A stretch of DNA of 43,650 nt from an uncultured Candidatus Bathyarchaeia archaeon. Lineage in GTDB: Archaea > Thermoproteota > Bathyarchaeia > Bathyarchaeales > Bathyarchaeaceae. The notes beneath the pieces were generated by a model. That model was not told the DNA's origin. It saw nothing but the letters and a program-made list of their open reading frames with translations, and searched no databases. This document shows positions 35,010 to 43,650 of this stretch, piece by piece. The DNA is taken from assembly GCA_964346135.1 (NCBI GenBank), contig CAYFTS010000084.1:1-43650 (forward strand), written 5' to 3'. Within the stretch, counting starts at the first letter, position 1. The number at the start of each line of letters is the position of its first letter. Both the position numbers and the translations under genes were made by a program.

Positions 35010-35714
35010 CTAACGCTTATCCTCCTGGTCAAAAGTGAAGGCTGAGGGACAAAGCTTGTTCAACACACAGATTTCACACTGAGGTTTCTTTGCCATGCAG
35101 ATTCTTCTACCGTGAAAAATCAGTAAGTCCGTTATTCTCGTCCACTCGGTTTTTGGAACTATTTCCATCAAATCCCTTTCTATTTTATTCGGATCTTCAT
35201 GCTCCGAAAGCCCCAGTCTTTTGTTGAGTCTGCGAACATGAGTATCCACCGCTATCCCTTCAACAACACCATAAATATTTGACAAGACAATATTCGCTGT
35301 CTTTCTTGCAACCCCAGGCAACTCAAGCATATCCTCCATCGTTTTCGGAACCTTCGAGTTGAACTTTTCAACCAGAATTTGGCAACATTTCTTAATGTTT
35401 TTGGCCTTGTTTCTGTAAAAGCCAGTTGGTCTTATATCCTCTTCGAGTTCCTCTAAATCCGCATTGGCATAGTCTTCTACCTTTCTGTACTTTTTGAAGA
35501 GCGTCTTTGTGACAATATTTACTCTTTTGTCGGTGCATTGAGCGGAGAGGATGGTGGCAACTAAGAGTTCCAGAGGGTTTGTGTAGTTTAGAGCTATTTT
35601 TGCGTCTGGATGTTCCTTTTCCAACAGTTCAATTATTTTTAACACTCTAGTTTTATTGTTAACTTTCATATCGATGGATTTCGATTTTTCTTTCATTGCA
35701 ACATTTTCCCTCAC
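35010..35714 (-). CDS. nth: endonuclease III (DNA glycosylase/AP lyase)
   Basis: An HhH-GPD region (LPGVARKTANIVL) and a C-terminal 4Fe-4S loop, CMAKKPQCEICVLNKLC. Confidence 0.9.
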   Translation of the reverse strand: MRENVAMKEKSKSIDMKVNNKTRVLKIIELLEKEHPDAKIALNYTNPLELLVATILSAQCTDKRVNIVTKTLFKKYRKVEDYANADLEELEEDIRPTGFYRNKAKNIKKCCQILVEKFNSKVPKTMEDMLELPGVARKTANIVLSNIYGVVEGIAVDTHVRRLNKRLGLSEHEDPNKIERDLMEIVPKTEWTRITDLLIFHGRRICMAKKPQCEICVLNKLCPSAFTFDQEDKR

Positions 35715-35720
35715 ACAACT

Positions 35721-36383
35721 TCAACTTGTGGAAATCTCTCTTCCTATATCTTTCAACACGACCTTTGCTCTTTTTTTAGCGTCCAGAAAAAGTTTTTCCT
35801 TCCTTTTCTCTTTCCTCAAGAAATCAGTCAGTTCCTTCCGTGTTTCAAGCAGGTCCTTCTTTTTCTCTTCTTCGTCCAAAGGTTTGTCGCCTTGCAGTTT
35901 TACGTCTCCCTCCCAAAAGCCCTCAGCGAAGTACCAGTCCTTGAAACACGTATATCCTGATTTCCATAACAAATATCCGATGGGAGTAGCTGGGGCTGGA
36001 ACACCTTGCTCCAAGCCTTTTCTTGTTTCTTCATGGTTCACGTAAATCACCATGATGTGAGTGCTTTGGGGAAGAAGAGCTGAAAGATGTTTGAACAATT
36101 TCTCGTCTAACCTTCTCTCAGAAAGGTCTATCCTCTTTGAGGATTCAAACTTCACATGTGGATAATAGTATATTTCTAACCAAGGCTTATAGAACTCTCC
36201 TCTCCCTGAAAAATACTTACCGCTCACAATAGAATTTTCAGACATCTCCCCGTCAACAGTTTTCAAGTATAGTTCAAAGTTAGTTTCTTCTACGAACCGT
36301 CCCCGAGAAATATTGTCCACGTGGAGGACAAAACCATTCAGTTTTTTTCCTTCGATTGAAGAAATAAATTTTTTATTCACCAT
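35721..36383 (-). CDS. conserved-looking hypothetical protein
   Basis: 220-aa ATG ORF that ends 6 nt before nth. A globular N-terminal 170 aa is followed by a Lys/Glu-rich tail. No motif recognised. Confidence 0.6.
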   Translation of the reverse strand: MVNKKFISSIEGKKLNGFVLHVDNISRGRFVEETNFELYLKTVDGEMSENSIVSGKYFSGRGEFYKPWLEIYYYPHVKFESSKRIDLSERRLDEKLFKHLSALLPQSTHIMVIYVNHEETRKGLEQGVPAPATPIGYLLWKSGYTCFKDWYFAEGFWEGDVKLQGDKPLDEEEKKKDLLETRKELTDFLRKEKRKEKLFLDAKKRAKVVLKDIGREISTS

Positions 36384-36438
36384 TCATATCATCTTGGCAT
36401 CGATCTAAAACCATTATCAATTTTTAGTCTCAACAGTT

Positions 36439-38178
36439 TCACGATTTTTGCAGTTCAATTTTTTTAGCTATCCCTTCCGGCTCATCAACAGAGGTGCAGG
36501 TTCCTTCGAAGCAAACATACGCCTTCGGTGTTTTAGTGGCTGGATATTTCAGTTCTGTCAGCCTCTCAATGTCAGCGTCGGGATCTAAGATTTCGATTAC
36601 TTTCAGAGGGTTGTAAACTCTTAAACTTTCGTTTAGGAATCGACGGGTTACTGAATCTGTTTTAGAACCCACTATGTATATCTGCATTGGTCGCAGGTAC
36701 AATTCAACAGCAAGACCGTAAGCGGCTGCATTGATGCCGTATCTTTGATAGCTTAAGGCAAAATGCTCCAAGGTTCTTCTAGCCGATTCCAAATATTTTT
36801 CCTTACCCGTTAAGTAGTGGAGTCTCAGGAAAGCATCGGCGGCTACGCTGTTTTCGTCAAAGGGCTTGACCGAAGCTTTCAAGGCTCCTAGAGCTTCAGT
36901 ATTTTTAGGTCTATCATAGAAACCTCCAGAATCATTCCACAAGTTGTTGAGCGCGAATTTGGCGATGCTTTCTGCGTAATTCAAGAATTTTCTATCCGAG
37001 GTTGACTGATAGGTGTCTATTAGGCACTTTATCATGGAAGCTTGGTCTATGAGTAAGCCAGGTAGATGTCTTTTGCCACTAAAGTAATGGTGATACATTC
37101 CCTTTCGTGGACTGAAACTCTTTTCAAGCAAAAGGTCAACTGTTCGTAGCGCAAAATTCCGATAGGATAAATTCTCAAGCACCACTGAAGCTAAAAGATA
37201 TGCTGAGCTCATCAAGGCGTTCCAGCTTGTGTAAAGAGTTTTGTCAATTCTCGGGGATGTTCTCTTCGAACGTTCTGAGCGGTTTAGTTTGTAGTATTCT
37301 TCATCAGCATCTTGGCTACCGTAAAATCCACCGTTGTCTTGGTCACTGAGATTAACATCAACGTATCTGAGGATTCCATGAGCAGTCTCTTTAAAGACCT
37401 CTTCCCCAGTAACCTGATAGGCTTCTAAATAATTGACAAGCAACTTGGCGTTGTCTTCACACATCTTTTCGTAGTGGGGAATGCTCCAGTCTCTTGTGGT
37501 GGAGTAGCGGAAAAAACCTCCTTCCTCCTTATCATAGATGTCACTGGCACTCATCGTTTGCAGAGTTTTCGTTACGATGTTTAAGAGGGCTTTATGTCCC
37601 TGTATATGATATTCTAGGAGTGCCAACGTCAACGCTCTGCTCTGAGGGAATTTAGGTGCATTGCCAAAGCCTCCATGCAACGAATCAAAACTGGACGCGA
37701 TTTCTAATGTCAAATTGTCAATGGTGGACTGGAAGAACTGGTTATCCACTTCATTTTCTATTGATGGCGTTTTTATCTCTTCTTTTTCTAATTCCTTCAA
37801 TTTGGCTTTGATGTCATCTTTATTTTCTTTATAGAAGCGACTTACGCGTTGAAGCAAAGGTTTCATCTGTTGTGGTGGAATGTATGTGGCGCCCGTGATC
37901 ACCTCTCCATTAGGAGTTAAGAAGGCCACGGTGGGCCAGCCGCCCATGTTGTATCGCTTGTCAATGTCTGGTCGCTGGTCTCTGTCCACCCTAATCGGCA
38001 CGTAATGTTCCTCAATTAGTTTTGCGACTTCTTTGTTAGAGTACGTTGTCTCATCCATGACGTGGCACCAGTGACACCAAACTGCACTGATGGCTAAGAG
38101 AATAGGCCTATCCAGTTCCTTTGCCTTCTTGAAGGCTTTTTTATTCCATGACATCCATGAAACCTTTGTCTCACGCAA
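36439..38178 (-). CDS. thioredoxin-domain protein (DUF255/YyaL type) with alpha/alpha-toroid domain
   Basis: An N-terminal WCHWCHVM thioredoxin-like motif is followed by about 400 aa of six-hairpin-glycosidase-like repeats. Confidence 0.85.
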   Translation of the reverse strand: MRETKVSWMSWNKKAFKKAKELDRPILLAISAVWCHWCHVMDETTYSNKEVAKLIEEHYVPIRVDRDQRPDIDKRYNMGGWPTVAFLTPNGEVITGATYIPPQQMKPLLQRVSRFYKENKDDIKAKLKELEKEEIKTPSIENEVDNQFFQSTIDNLTLEIASSFDSLHGGFGNAPKFPQSRALTLALLEYHIQGHKALLNIVTKTLQTMSASDIYDKEEGGFFRYSTTRDWSIPHYEKMCEDNAKLLVNYLEAYQVTGEEVFKETAHGILRYVDVNLSDQDNGGFYGSQDADEEYYKLNRSERSKRTSPRIDKTLYTSWNALMSSAYLLASVVLENLSYRNFALRTVDLLLEKSFSPRKGMYHHYFSGKRHLPGLLIDQASMIKCLIDTYQSTSDRKFLNYAESIAKFALNNLWNDSGGFYDRPKNTEALGALKASVKPFDENSVAADAFLRLHYLTGKEKYLESARRTLEHFALSYQRYGINAAAYGLAVELYLRPMQIYIVGSKTDSVTRRFLNESLRVYNPLKVIEILDPDADIERLTELKYPATKTPKAYVCFEGTCTSVDEPEGIAKKIELQKS

Positions 38179-38291
38179 AAAACATAACCTCCCTAATGCT
38201 TACCATAAACGTTGTTGTCATCATCAAAGTTGCTACTTAATAAAAAAGAAAGGAAACGACTGGCAAGGTTTTTAACATTGTTATGAAGAGG

Positions 38292-38714
38292 CTAAACGAG
38301 TAGGGTTATGTCTGCATCTGAAGCAAGGTCAAGGAAAGCTGCCGCACCAGCGATCTGATCTACCTCAGGAATTAAGTCTTCTTTCTTTACACCAAACATC
38401 TCCATGGTTGGGCTGCAAGCGTATATTTTCAACAGTCCCGATGCCTTCATTCTTTTGAGCATGTCATATGGTGTGGGATAGTTCATTTCCTTAAGCTTCT
38501 TTTTCAGTTGTCCTTCCAAGTGTTTGTATGTGGCAGGTAATCCAGCTTTTTCGAGGGCTCCCTTCTTAAGCATAGTGAGTCCCCAGAATGTGAAGTAGAG
38601 GTGAGCCTCCATGTCCATGGCGGTTGCAGTGGTGCCGAGTATGAAAGCGCAGAGGATTTTGTCTAAAGTGCCGCTGTGAACTATTAGCGCCAGCTTCTTC
38701 TTTTTTTCGGGCAT
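38292..38714 (-). CDS. DsrE/DsrF-like family protein
   Basis: 140 aa. KLALIVHSGTLDKILCAFILGTTATAMDMEAHLYFTFWGL resembles the DrsE_2-type fold. Confidence 0.65.
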   Translation of the reverse strand: MPEKKKKLALIVHSGTLDKILCAFILGTTATAMDMEAHLYFTFWGLTMLKKGALEKAGLPATYKHLEGQLKKKLKEMNYPTPYDMLKRMKASGLLKIYACSPTMEMFGVKKEDLIPEVDQIAGAAAFLDLASDADITLLV

Positions 38715-38751
38715 AAATTTTCACTCCTTTTGTAGGTTTTCAAAATTTTCG

Positions 38752-38780
38752 AATATAAATTATGCTATAACACTGTTATA
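38752..38780 (-). promoter_or_regulatory. TATA-like box plus adjacent inverted repeat upstream of the DsrE-like gene
   Basis: Minus-strand TTTATATT (38752-38759) lies 37 nt before the ATG, with GGAGTG nearer the start. TATAAC-ACT-GTTATA (38766-38780) sits just upstream. Confidence 0.3.
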
Positions 38781-38819
38781 AACCTTTTGAAGCTAAATAA
38801 AGAAGTGTCAACCTCACTC

Positions 38820-40703
38820 TTAGTGACCCGCACCTATTTCTTCAGCAATTTCAGGCAGCCCAAGAGCCACTAGTTTCGCTTCAGTTGGAACCCCGTCCTC
38901 CGACCATCCTCGGGCTTGGTAATAATCATCTAACATTCTTTCCAGTTCCTTTGGTTTAACGTAGCTTCCTTTCGATTTACCTTTAGGTATGGGTTCCGTC
39001 AAAACTCTGTAGGGTAGTGTGTCGTACTTCCTTCCAAAGCCTTCTCTCGCGTTAAACGCTCGTTGGATGTTATAGACTCTTTCACCGATCATTAGAAGCT
39101 CGGATACATCCATGTTCATTCCAGTTACTGCCTTCACCATTTCTGGAAAGGCTTCAACATAAAACATGTGCCTCGAGAACTTACACACTCCAAGAATGTC
39201 ATAAACTGCCATCAAGTCTTGATGAATTTTAACTTCAAAACCCTTATTTTCAGCAGAAAACCTGTTGACGCCAGAAAATCTCCACCATTTTCCCACAAGC
39301 TCTGTTCCATACACTCCAGCGGTTAAGTGGTCTCCTCCCCTCACGGACACGGCGGAAGCTAATGCCATACCCTTCATACCTCTCAAATCATATGCTGGCA
39401 ACTCCAAACCCTTAGAATGAATAGCAAATTTCTCGGAACCTTTGCCCAATCTTTCGCTTGCCGCCTTCACGCCATCAGCTAAGAGTTGTCCGATCTTTCC
39501 TTTTCTGAGAGCCATTGCTTTCAGGACTTCTAGAGTTGCTTCAACATCACCGAACTGGAGTTCAACGCCGTCTAAGTCTTCTTTATTCAACAAGCCTTTA
39601 TCAAAGGCCTCCATGGCCCATGAAATCGTTAATCCCGCTGACAAGGCGTCTAATCCATAGAGGTCACAGACTAGATGGAGTTTACACAGAGCTTCTACAT
39701 CATCGATTTCCAAGTTTCCTCCTAAAGAATAGATGATTTCAAACTCGGGACCATCAAGCTCTGTTCCAGCGTACTTTCCCTCTGTAATCCTAACGATTCT
39801 TCCGCAAGGTTTTGTGCAGTTAGGACACGGTCTATTCCTCACCGTGTAGATGGGCGTCCAATAATAGGGATCAAGCTTAGACAATTCTTTTTCTTTGAGT
39901 TTGTCAAAGGATTTGTGGAAGTATCCCTGTTGCCAGTTGCGGCTAGGAAATACTCCCTTATCCCTATTAATCCAGTCGTAGAATTCTGCTGTGCCATATT
40001 TGATGTCCAACTTAGAGGCTGGATGCTCTCGAAGAATTTTGCTCCACTTGACTATTACACTCCTTAAATCGTCCCAATCAGCAACCTCAACTTTTGAAGT
40101 CCCCTTTGCAACCATGCCCTTCAGTTTTTTAGACCCCATCACCGCGCCCAAACCGGTCCTCGCAGCCTGTCTCTCCTCACAATCTATATCAGCTATCAAA
40201 GAAAGGTTCTCGCCCGCGGGACCTATGACAGCGGTGGAGGCTTTATCGTATCTACTCTTCAGTGTTTGAGCTACTTCACGAACGTTTTTGCCCCAAAGAC
40301 CATTGGCATCTTCAATTTCAACTTTTTCGTCATCAATACATATGACAACAGGGTCAACACTTTTTCCCTCAACAATTAAAAGATCGTAACCAGCTTTCTT
40401 TAATGCAAATCCAAATGATGCTCCGGCTACAGCCCGTCCGAAGACTCTTGTTAGGGGTGATCTTGATATGAAGACGGTTTTAGACGCTGTGGGAATGCCA
40501 GTTGCGGCTAAAAGCCCTGGAGCAACTATGAGCTTGTTTTCTGGACTTAAAGGGTCAAAGTGTTTTAACTCTTGATATAGTACCCAACTGGCAAAGCCCA
40601 TCCCGCCAAGAAACCTTTTGGGAAAATCTTTGGGAATCTCTTCTCTCCTAACTGTGCTGTCAGAGAGGTTTACTTTTAGAAACTTACCAGCATATCCCTT
40701 CAT
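38820..40703 (-). CDS. aor: aldehyde:ferredoxin oxidoreductase family tungstoenzyme
   Basis: 627 aa. An N-terminal AOR_N pattern (AGKFLKVNLS...), the central CPNCTKPCGR cluster ligands and a C-terminal pterin-binding region. Confidence 0.9.
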   Translation of the reverse strand: MKGYAGKFLKVNLSDSTVRREEIPKDFPKRFLGGMGFASWVLYQELKHFDPLSPENKLIVAPGLLAATGIPTASKTVFISRSPLTRVFGRAVAGASFGFALKKAGYDLLIVEGKSVDPVVICIDDEKVEIEDANGLWGKNVREVAQTLKSRYDKASTAVIGPAGENLSLIADIDCEERQAARTGLGAVMGSKKLKGMVAKGTSKVEVADWDDLRSVIVKWSKILREHPASKLDIKYGTAEFYDWINRDKGVFPSRNWQQGYFHKSFDKLKEKELSKLDPYYWTPIYTVRNRPCPNCTKPCGRIVRITEGKYAGTELDGPEFEIIYSLGGNLEIDDVEALCKLHLVCDLYGLDALSAGLTISWAMEAFDKGLLNKEDLDGVELQFGDVEATLEVLKAMALRKGKIGQLLADGVKAASERLGKGSEKFAIHSKGLELPAYDLRGMKGMALASAVSVRGGDHLTAGVYGTELVGKWWRFSGVNRFSAENKGFEVKIHQDLMAVYDILGVCKFSRHMFYVEAFPEMVKAVTGMNMDVSELLMIGERVYNIQRAFNAREGFGRKYDTLPYRVLTEPIPKGKSKGSYVKPKELERMLDDYYQARGWSEDGVPTEAKLVALGLPEIAEEIGAGH

Positions 40704-40856
40704 CTTTCTCCCTCATCTGAACTGTACTACATGTTCTATCTACTTTAACTTTCAATTATTTTTTCTCTTTTTTGGAACGAATTAAGTTTATGTGTAATAG
40801 AGAAAGACATTTTAGCAACGGCAAAACATGACTAAATTGGGTTTAAATGTGGCAGC

Positions 40857-41738
40857 GTGAATAAAGTGAAAAGTGAATCTTACTTCAAAAAAATACTTGT
40901 GCCCGTTGATGGCTCGCATGCTTGTCTCCATGCGGAAGAACTAACTGTCGCTATCGCCAAAAAATTCAAATCTAAAGTAACTGTAATTCACGTAGTTCCA
41001 TATCAACTTGTGCATCCAGAGTTGCGCAAACGTGCATTGCGTTATCCCGTACCATTTACGGCAGTACGCTCCGAAATTTCAAATTATTTTTCACAAATGG
41101 GAAAGAAGATTGTTTGGGAGGCTGAAGCGTTGTTTAAAGAGGAAGGCATAGAAGTCGACGCTAGATTTATTGAACATGAAGACCCAGCTGAAGCAATTTT
41201 ACGGTTGGTTAAAGATGGAGATTATAACTTGGTGGTGATGGGAAACCGTGGGGAAACTGAAGCCGAAGTTTTCTCACTGGGAAGCGTTGCCGAGAAAGTT
41301 GTGCGCCATGTGGAGTGCCCAGTTCTGATCGTCAAAGGAAAGACTAAGATCTCAAAAATCCTTGTAGGAATTGACGGTTCTGAAAATGCAGAGAAGGCTC
41401 TTGAACATGCTGTTGAACTGGCTAAGAAACATAAAGCCAAGATAACGTTGCTAAACGTTGAGGGTCCTGTACTATTAAGTTTAAAGCCTGAGGTGGCAAA
41501 GGAAATTGGAGAAAGCATTTTGTCTGGTGCAGCGGCTAGGGTTAAAGGAGTAGAGTTTAATACGCAAGTGGAATTCGGTAACCCTGCAGAAACTATTATT
41601 GAAGTCACAGAAAAAGGGAACTACGACATAATCGTTGTAGGAAGCAGAGGACTAAGCAAAGTAAAACGGTTCTTCTTAGGCAGCGTGAGCGACGATGTAA
41701 GTCATCATGCCAGAGGTTCTGTACTAGTAGTTAAATGA
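40857..41738 (+). CDS. tandem universal stress protein (two UspA domains)
   Basis: Two repeats of the ILVP(V/G)DGS...G(N/S)RG...GSV...PVL(I/V)VK pattern. GTG start. Confidence 0.85.
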   Translation: MNKVKSESYFKKILVPVDGSHACLHAEELTVAIAKKFKSKVTVIHVVPYQLVHPELRKRALRYPVPFTAVRSEISNYFSQMGKKIVWEAEALFKEEGIEVDARFIEHEDPAEAILRLVKDGDYNLVVMGNRGETEAEVFSLGSVAEKVVRHVECPVLIVKGKTKISKILVGIDGSENAEKALEHAVELAKKHKAKITLLNVEGPVLLSLKPEVAKEIGESILSGAAARVKGVEFNTQVEFGNPAETIIEVTEKGNYDIIVVGSRGLSKVKRFFLGSVSDDVSHHARGSVLVVK

Positions 41739-41800
41739 AAATGAATGTTTTGTCAGAGTTCTACCTTGGAATCGTGAAGCTTATCTGAACCCTTCAGTTT

Positions 41801-42388
41801 CTACTTCTTAACGAGGGAAATCAGCATATCCCTAAACTTCTTTTTAAATTGTTGCTGTTCAGCGAATTTCTCATCAGACATCGAGAGAGTTTCAGCGTAC
41901 TCTTGAACTATCTGTTTGGTAAGAAAATCCACATCCTCTAATTCGGAGATCGCATCTTCAAACTTACTTGAGCCACAACACTCCTCAAGCTTGCTCCTAA
42001 CGTCGATCAATTGAGTAACCTTATTTTCATTGAATTCAAGGTTAAAACCAAGTCTCTTCAAAGCATTGAGGACAGTTCTCATTTGTTCTTTGGCAAATTC
42101 TCTGCTGCGGGGAGTCTTTCCAACGCTGCAAAAGAAAGTTTCAGCAGTCGCTCTGTAATAGCTCTCGATGAGGTGGTCAATACGTTCTTCTCGTGCCACC
42201 TCTACTAAGTCTCCCTTCAGAAGCTTCTTTACGTGGTGGTAAACCGCTTGAGGGGTAATGTTGAGTTCTGCAGCTATTTGACTCACAGTCATTTCTTTGG
42301 CTCGAAGCAGAAACACTATTTTTCTTCTGGTTTCGTCGCCTAACAGCTGGAACGCTTCAGGGTCTTGTATCATTTTTATCGGCTTCAA
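41801..42388 (-). CDS. ArsR-type winged-helix regulator with C-terminal extension
   Basis: LLGDETRRKIVFLLRAKEMTVSQIAAELNITPQAVYHHVKKL is an ArsR/SmtB-like HTH. An extra helical domain of about 110 aa follows. Confidence 0.75.
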   Translation of the reverse strand: MKPIKMIQDPEAFQLLGDETRRKIVFLLRAKEMTVSQIAAELNITPQAVYHHVKKLLKGDLVEVAREERIDHLIESYYRATAETFFCSVGKTPRSREFAKEQMRTVLNALKRLGFNLEFNENKVTQLIDVRSKLEECCGSSKFEDAISELEDVDFLTKQIVQEYAETLSMSDEKFAEQQQFKKKFRDMLISLVKK

Positions 42389-42507
42389 GGTGTCTCACAG
42401 ATAAAGAAAGAGTTTAAATTAATATAAAAGCGTTTCTCTACTAAAACAAAAACTTTATAAGAAGCGATATCATTTGTATTAAAATGCCTGTTTAAGTATT
42501 AAAAGAG

Positions 42508-42771
42508 ATGATGAATATGTCCACAACACCCACACGGAGAAAAAACACGCTCTCTCTACTCATGAAAACACTTAGACTATTGGGAATAAATAGAGGTTTT
42601 GTACAATCGTCAAGCACTCAAAAAGAAGAAAACACCCGCATAAATACTCCAGAAGACAACAACAGTCCTAATATTCTCGCATTGAAAGCAGCGGAAACTG
42701 CTTTATTAGAAATAGAACGCGAAAAAGCTGAAGCAATCATGGAAAGGCAAAGACGCTCCCTCATATGCTAG
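42508..42771 (+). CDS. hypothetical small protein
   Basis: 87-aa ATG ORF with a basic N-terminus and a helical C-terminus. No supporting motif. Confidence 0.35.
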   Translation: MMNMSTTPTRRKNTLSLLMKTLRLLGINRGFVQSSSTQKEENTRINTPEDNNSPNILALKAAETALLEIEREKAEAIMERQRRSLIC

Positions 42772-42873
42772 AAATGGCACTGCAATCATTTTTACCATCG
42801 ACTAGCGCCTCCCTTGTTGAAAGAGCAAAAGAAATTGTATGACCCATAAGGTGTTTGCGCGCACAGCCAAGTT

Positions 42874-43149
42874 CTATAACGATTTTTTCACAATGTATCT
42901 AGTCAACAACATGTTTACATAGTCTTCTAGGGTTAAGTTGCGCTCTCGCGCTTCACGTGCCAGATGCAAGAATAGACCTGGAGAAACCGGTATCGCTCGC
43001 GGAAGCCAAAAACCCTCTAAATATTTCACTACGCAGTAACGGATGAAATCTTCCAAGCCAAGGCCGAAGTCCTCTGCGGCTGCTTTAACTGCTTCGATGT
43101 GTTCTTTTGATGCAGTGTATTTGATTACGAGAGTTTCGTTTTTGCTCAT
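42874..43149 (-). CDS. hypothetical small protein with internal duplication
   Basis: 91 aa with two similar segments (LEDFIRYCVVKYL and LEDYVNMLLTRYI), suggesting a duplicated helical DNA-binding-like module. Confidence 0.5.
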   Translation of the reverse strand: MSKNETLVIKYTASKEHIEAVKAAAEDFGLGLEDFIRYCVVKYLEGFWLPRAIPVSPGLFLHLAREARERNLTLEDYVNMLLTRYIVKKSL

Positions 43150-43256
43150 TTTGCTCTTACCTTCTGTTTCTTATTGATGACGTGGCGCCAGCAAAGCAAA
43201 CACTAAGGTATTCCCTTCCAATGCTCCGATAGGTAGACTACTCGCACTCAAAGATA

Positions 43257-43529
43257 TCATTCTTGGTTTGGTTTTCTGTTGGGGAAAGCAGGTACCGTGT
43301 ATACATCAACGACGCCGGTGGCTTGAGCTAACTTTTCGCGTATGAACTCTAAGGCTTGATTAGAGTTGTCGGCGTCAAACCACATGGCTACGTCCCAAGT
43401 TCCGAAAACGTTCATGACGTATTGCAGGTCTACTCCTGGGCTAGGCTTTTGAGGAAGGCTTCTTAGGTCGTTAATTATATCTGTTACTTTCGTTGGACTA
43501 AGCTTCAGCAGAACCAAATATTGTGTCAC
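43257..43529 (-). CDS. stand-alone Lrp/AsnC ligand-binding (RAM) domain protein
   Basis: QYLVLLKL...VMNVFGTWDVAMWFDADN...VDVYTVP matches the AsnC_trans_reg fold. GTG 43529 lies 7 nt after GGAGGTG; the track ORF extends to 43595. Confidence 0.6.
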   Translation of the reverse strand: MTQYLVLLKLSPTKVTDIINDLRSLPQKPSPGVDLQYVMNVFGTWDVAMWFDADNSNQALEFIREKLAQATGVVDVYTVPAFPNRKPNQE

Positions 43530-43650
43530 ACCAATACACCTCCGATTCTGTTTCTGATTTCTATTCGTGCTAAAGCTTCTACCATTGAAAGTCATTTAGC
43601 TCTTATGAACTGTAAATAATAATTATTAAAATACGTTTACGCGTGCGCAT

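Noticed and set aside
1-43650. A CRISPR array, rRNA genes, or recognisable defence or toxin-antitoxin modules.
   Set aside because: No regularly spaced direct repeats, no rRNA-like sequence, and no nuclease/ATPase defence gene signatures were found on either strand.

Overview
The window is a 43.65-kb, gene-dense chromosomal segment that looks archaeal. Evidence: a GPN-loop GTPase, tungsten-type aldehyde:ferredoxin oxidoreductase, a LAGLIDADG protein, TATA-like AT boxes, three tRNAs with genome-encoded CCA, and a bulge-helix-bulge tRNA intron. Most genes are redox or housekeeping: an OYE flavoreductase, HtpX protease, a NapH-like polyferredoxin, a GlcD/GlcF-type oxidase pair, a PadR plus ABC-2 exporter operon, ThiL, an MFS transporter, UppP, endonuclease III, radical SAM enzymes, AOR and a tandem Usp. 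The main finding is at tRNA-Asp(GUC) on the minus strand. The gene carries a 30-nt non-canonical BHB intron in the 3' acceptor strand (position 68/69). A 20-nt intron-less copy of its 3' end, CCA included, lies 2.44 kb downstream. The two copies bracket an integrase-less insertion encoding an HTH plus double-LAGLIDADG protein and a 504-aa polytopic membrane protein. Other points of interest follow. A NuoE/NuoF/ferredoxin operon is fused to a GltB-type FMN subunit instead of a hydrogenase. TGCATGCA palindromes cluster in ORF-poor DNA around htpX, next to a decayed tyrosine-integrase gene. A GC-rich alternating purine-pyrimidine motif recurs in AT-rich spacers. HtpX carries an EF-hand-like loop. 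An unknown 310-aa gene sits directly upstream of a B12-radical SAM gene. No CRISPR array, rRNA gene or recognisable defence genes were seen. All calls come from reading the sequence and motifs by eye; no searches were run.
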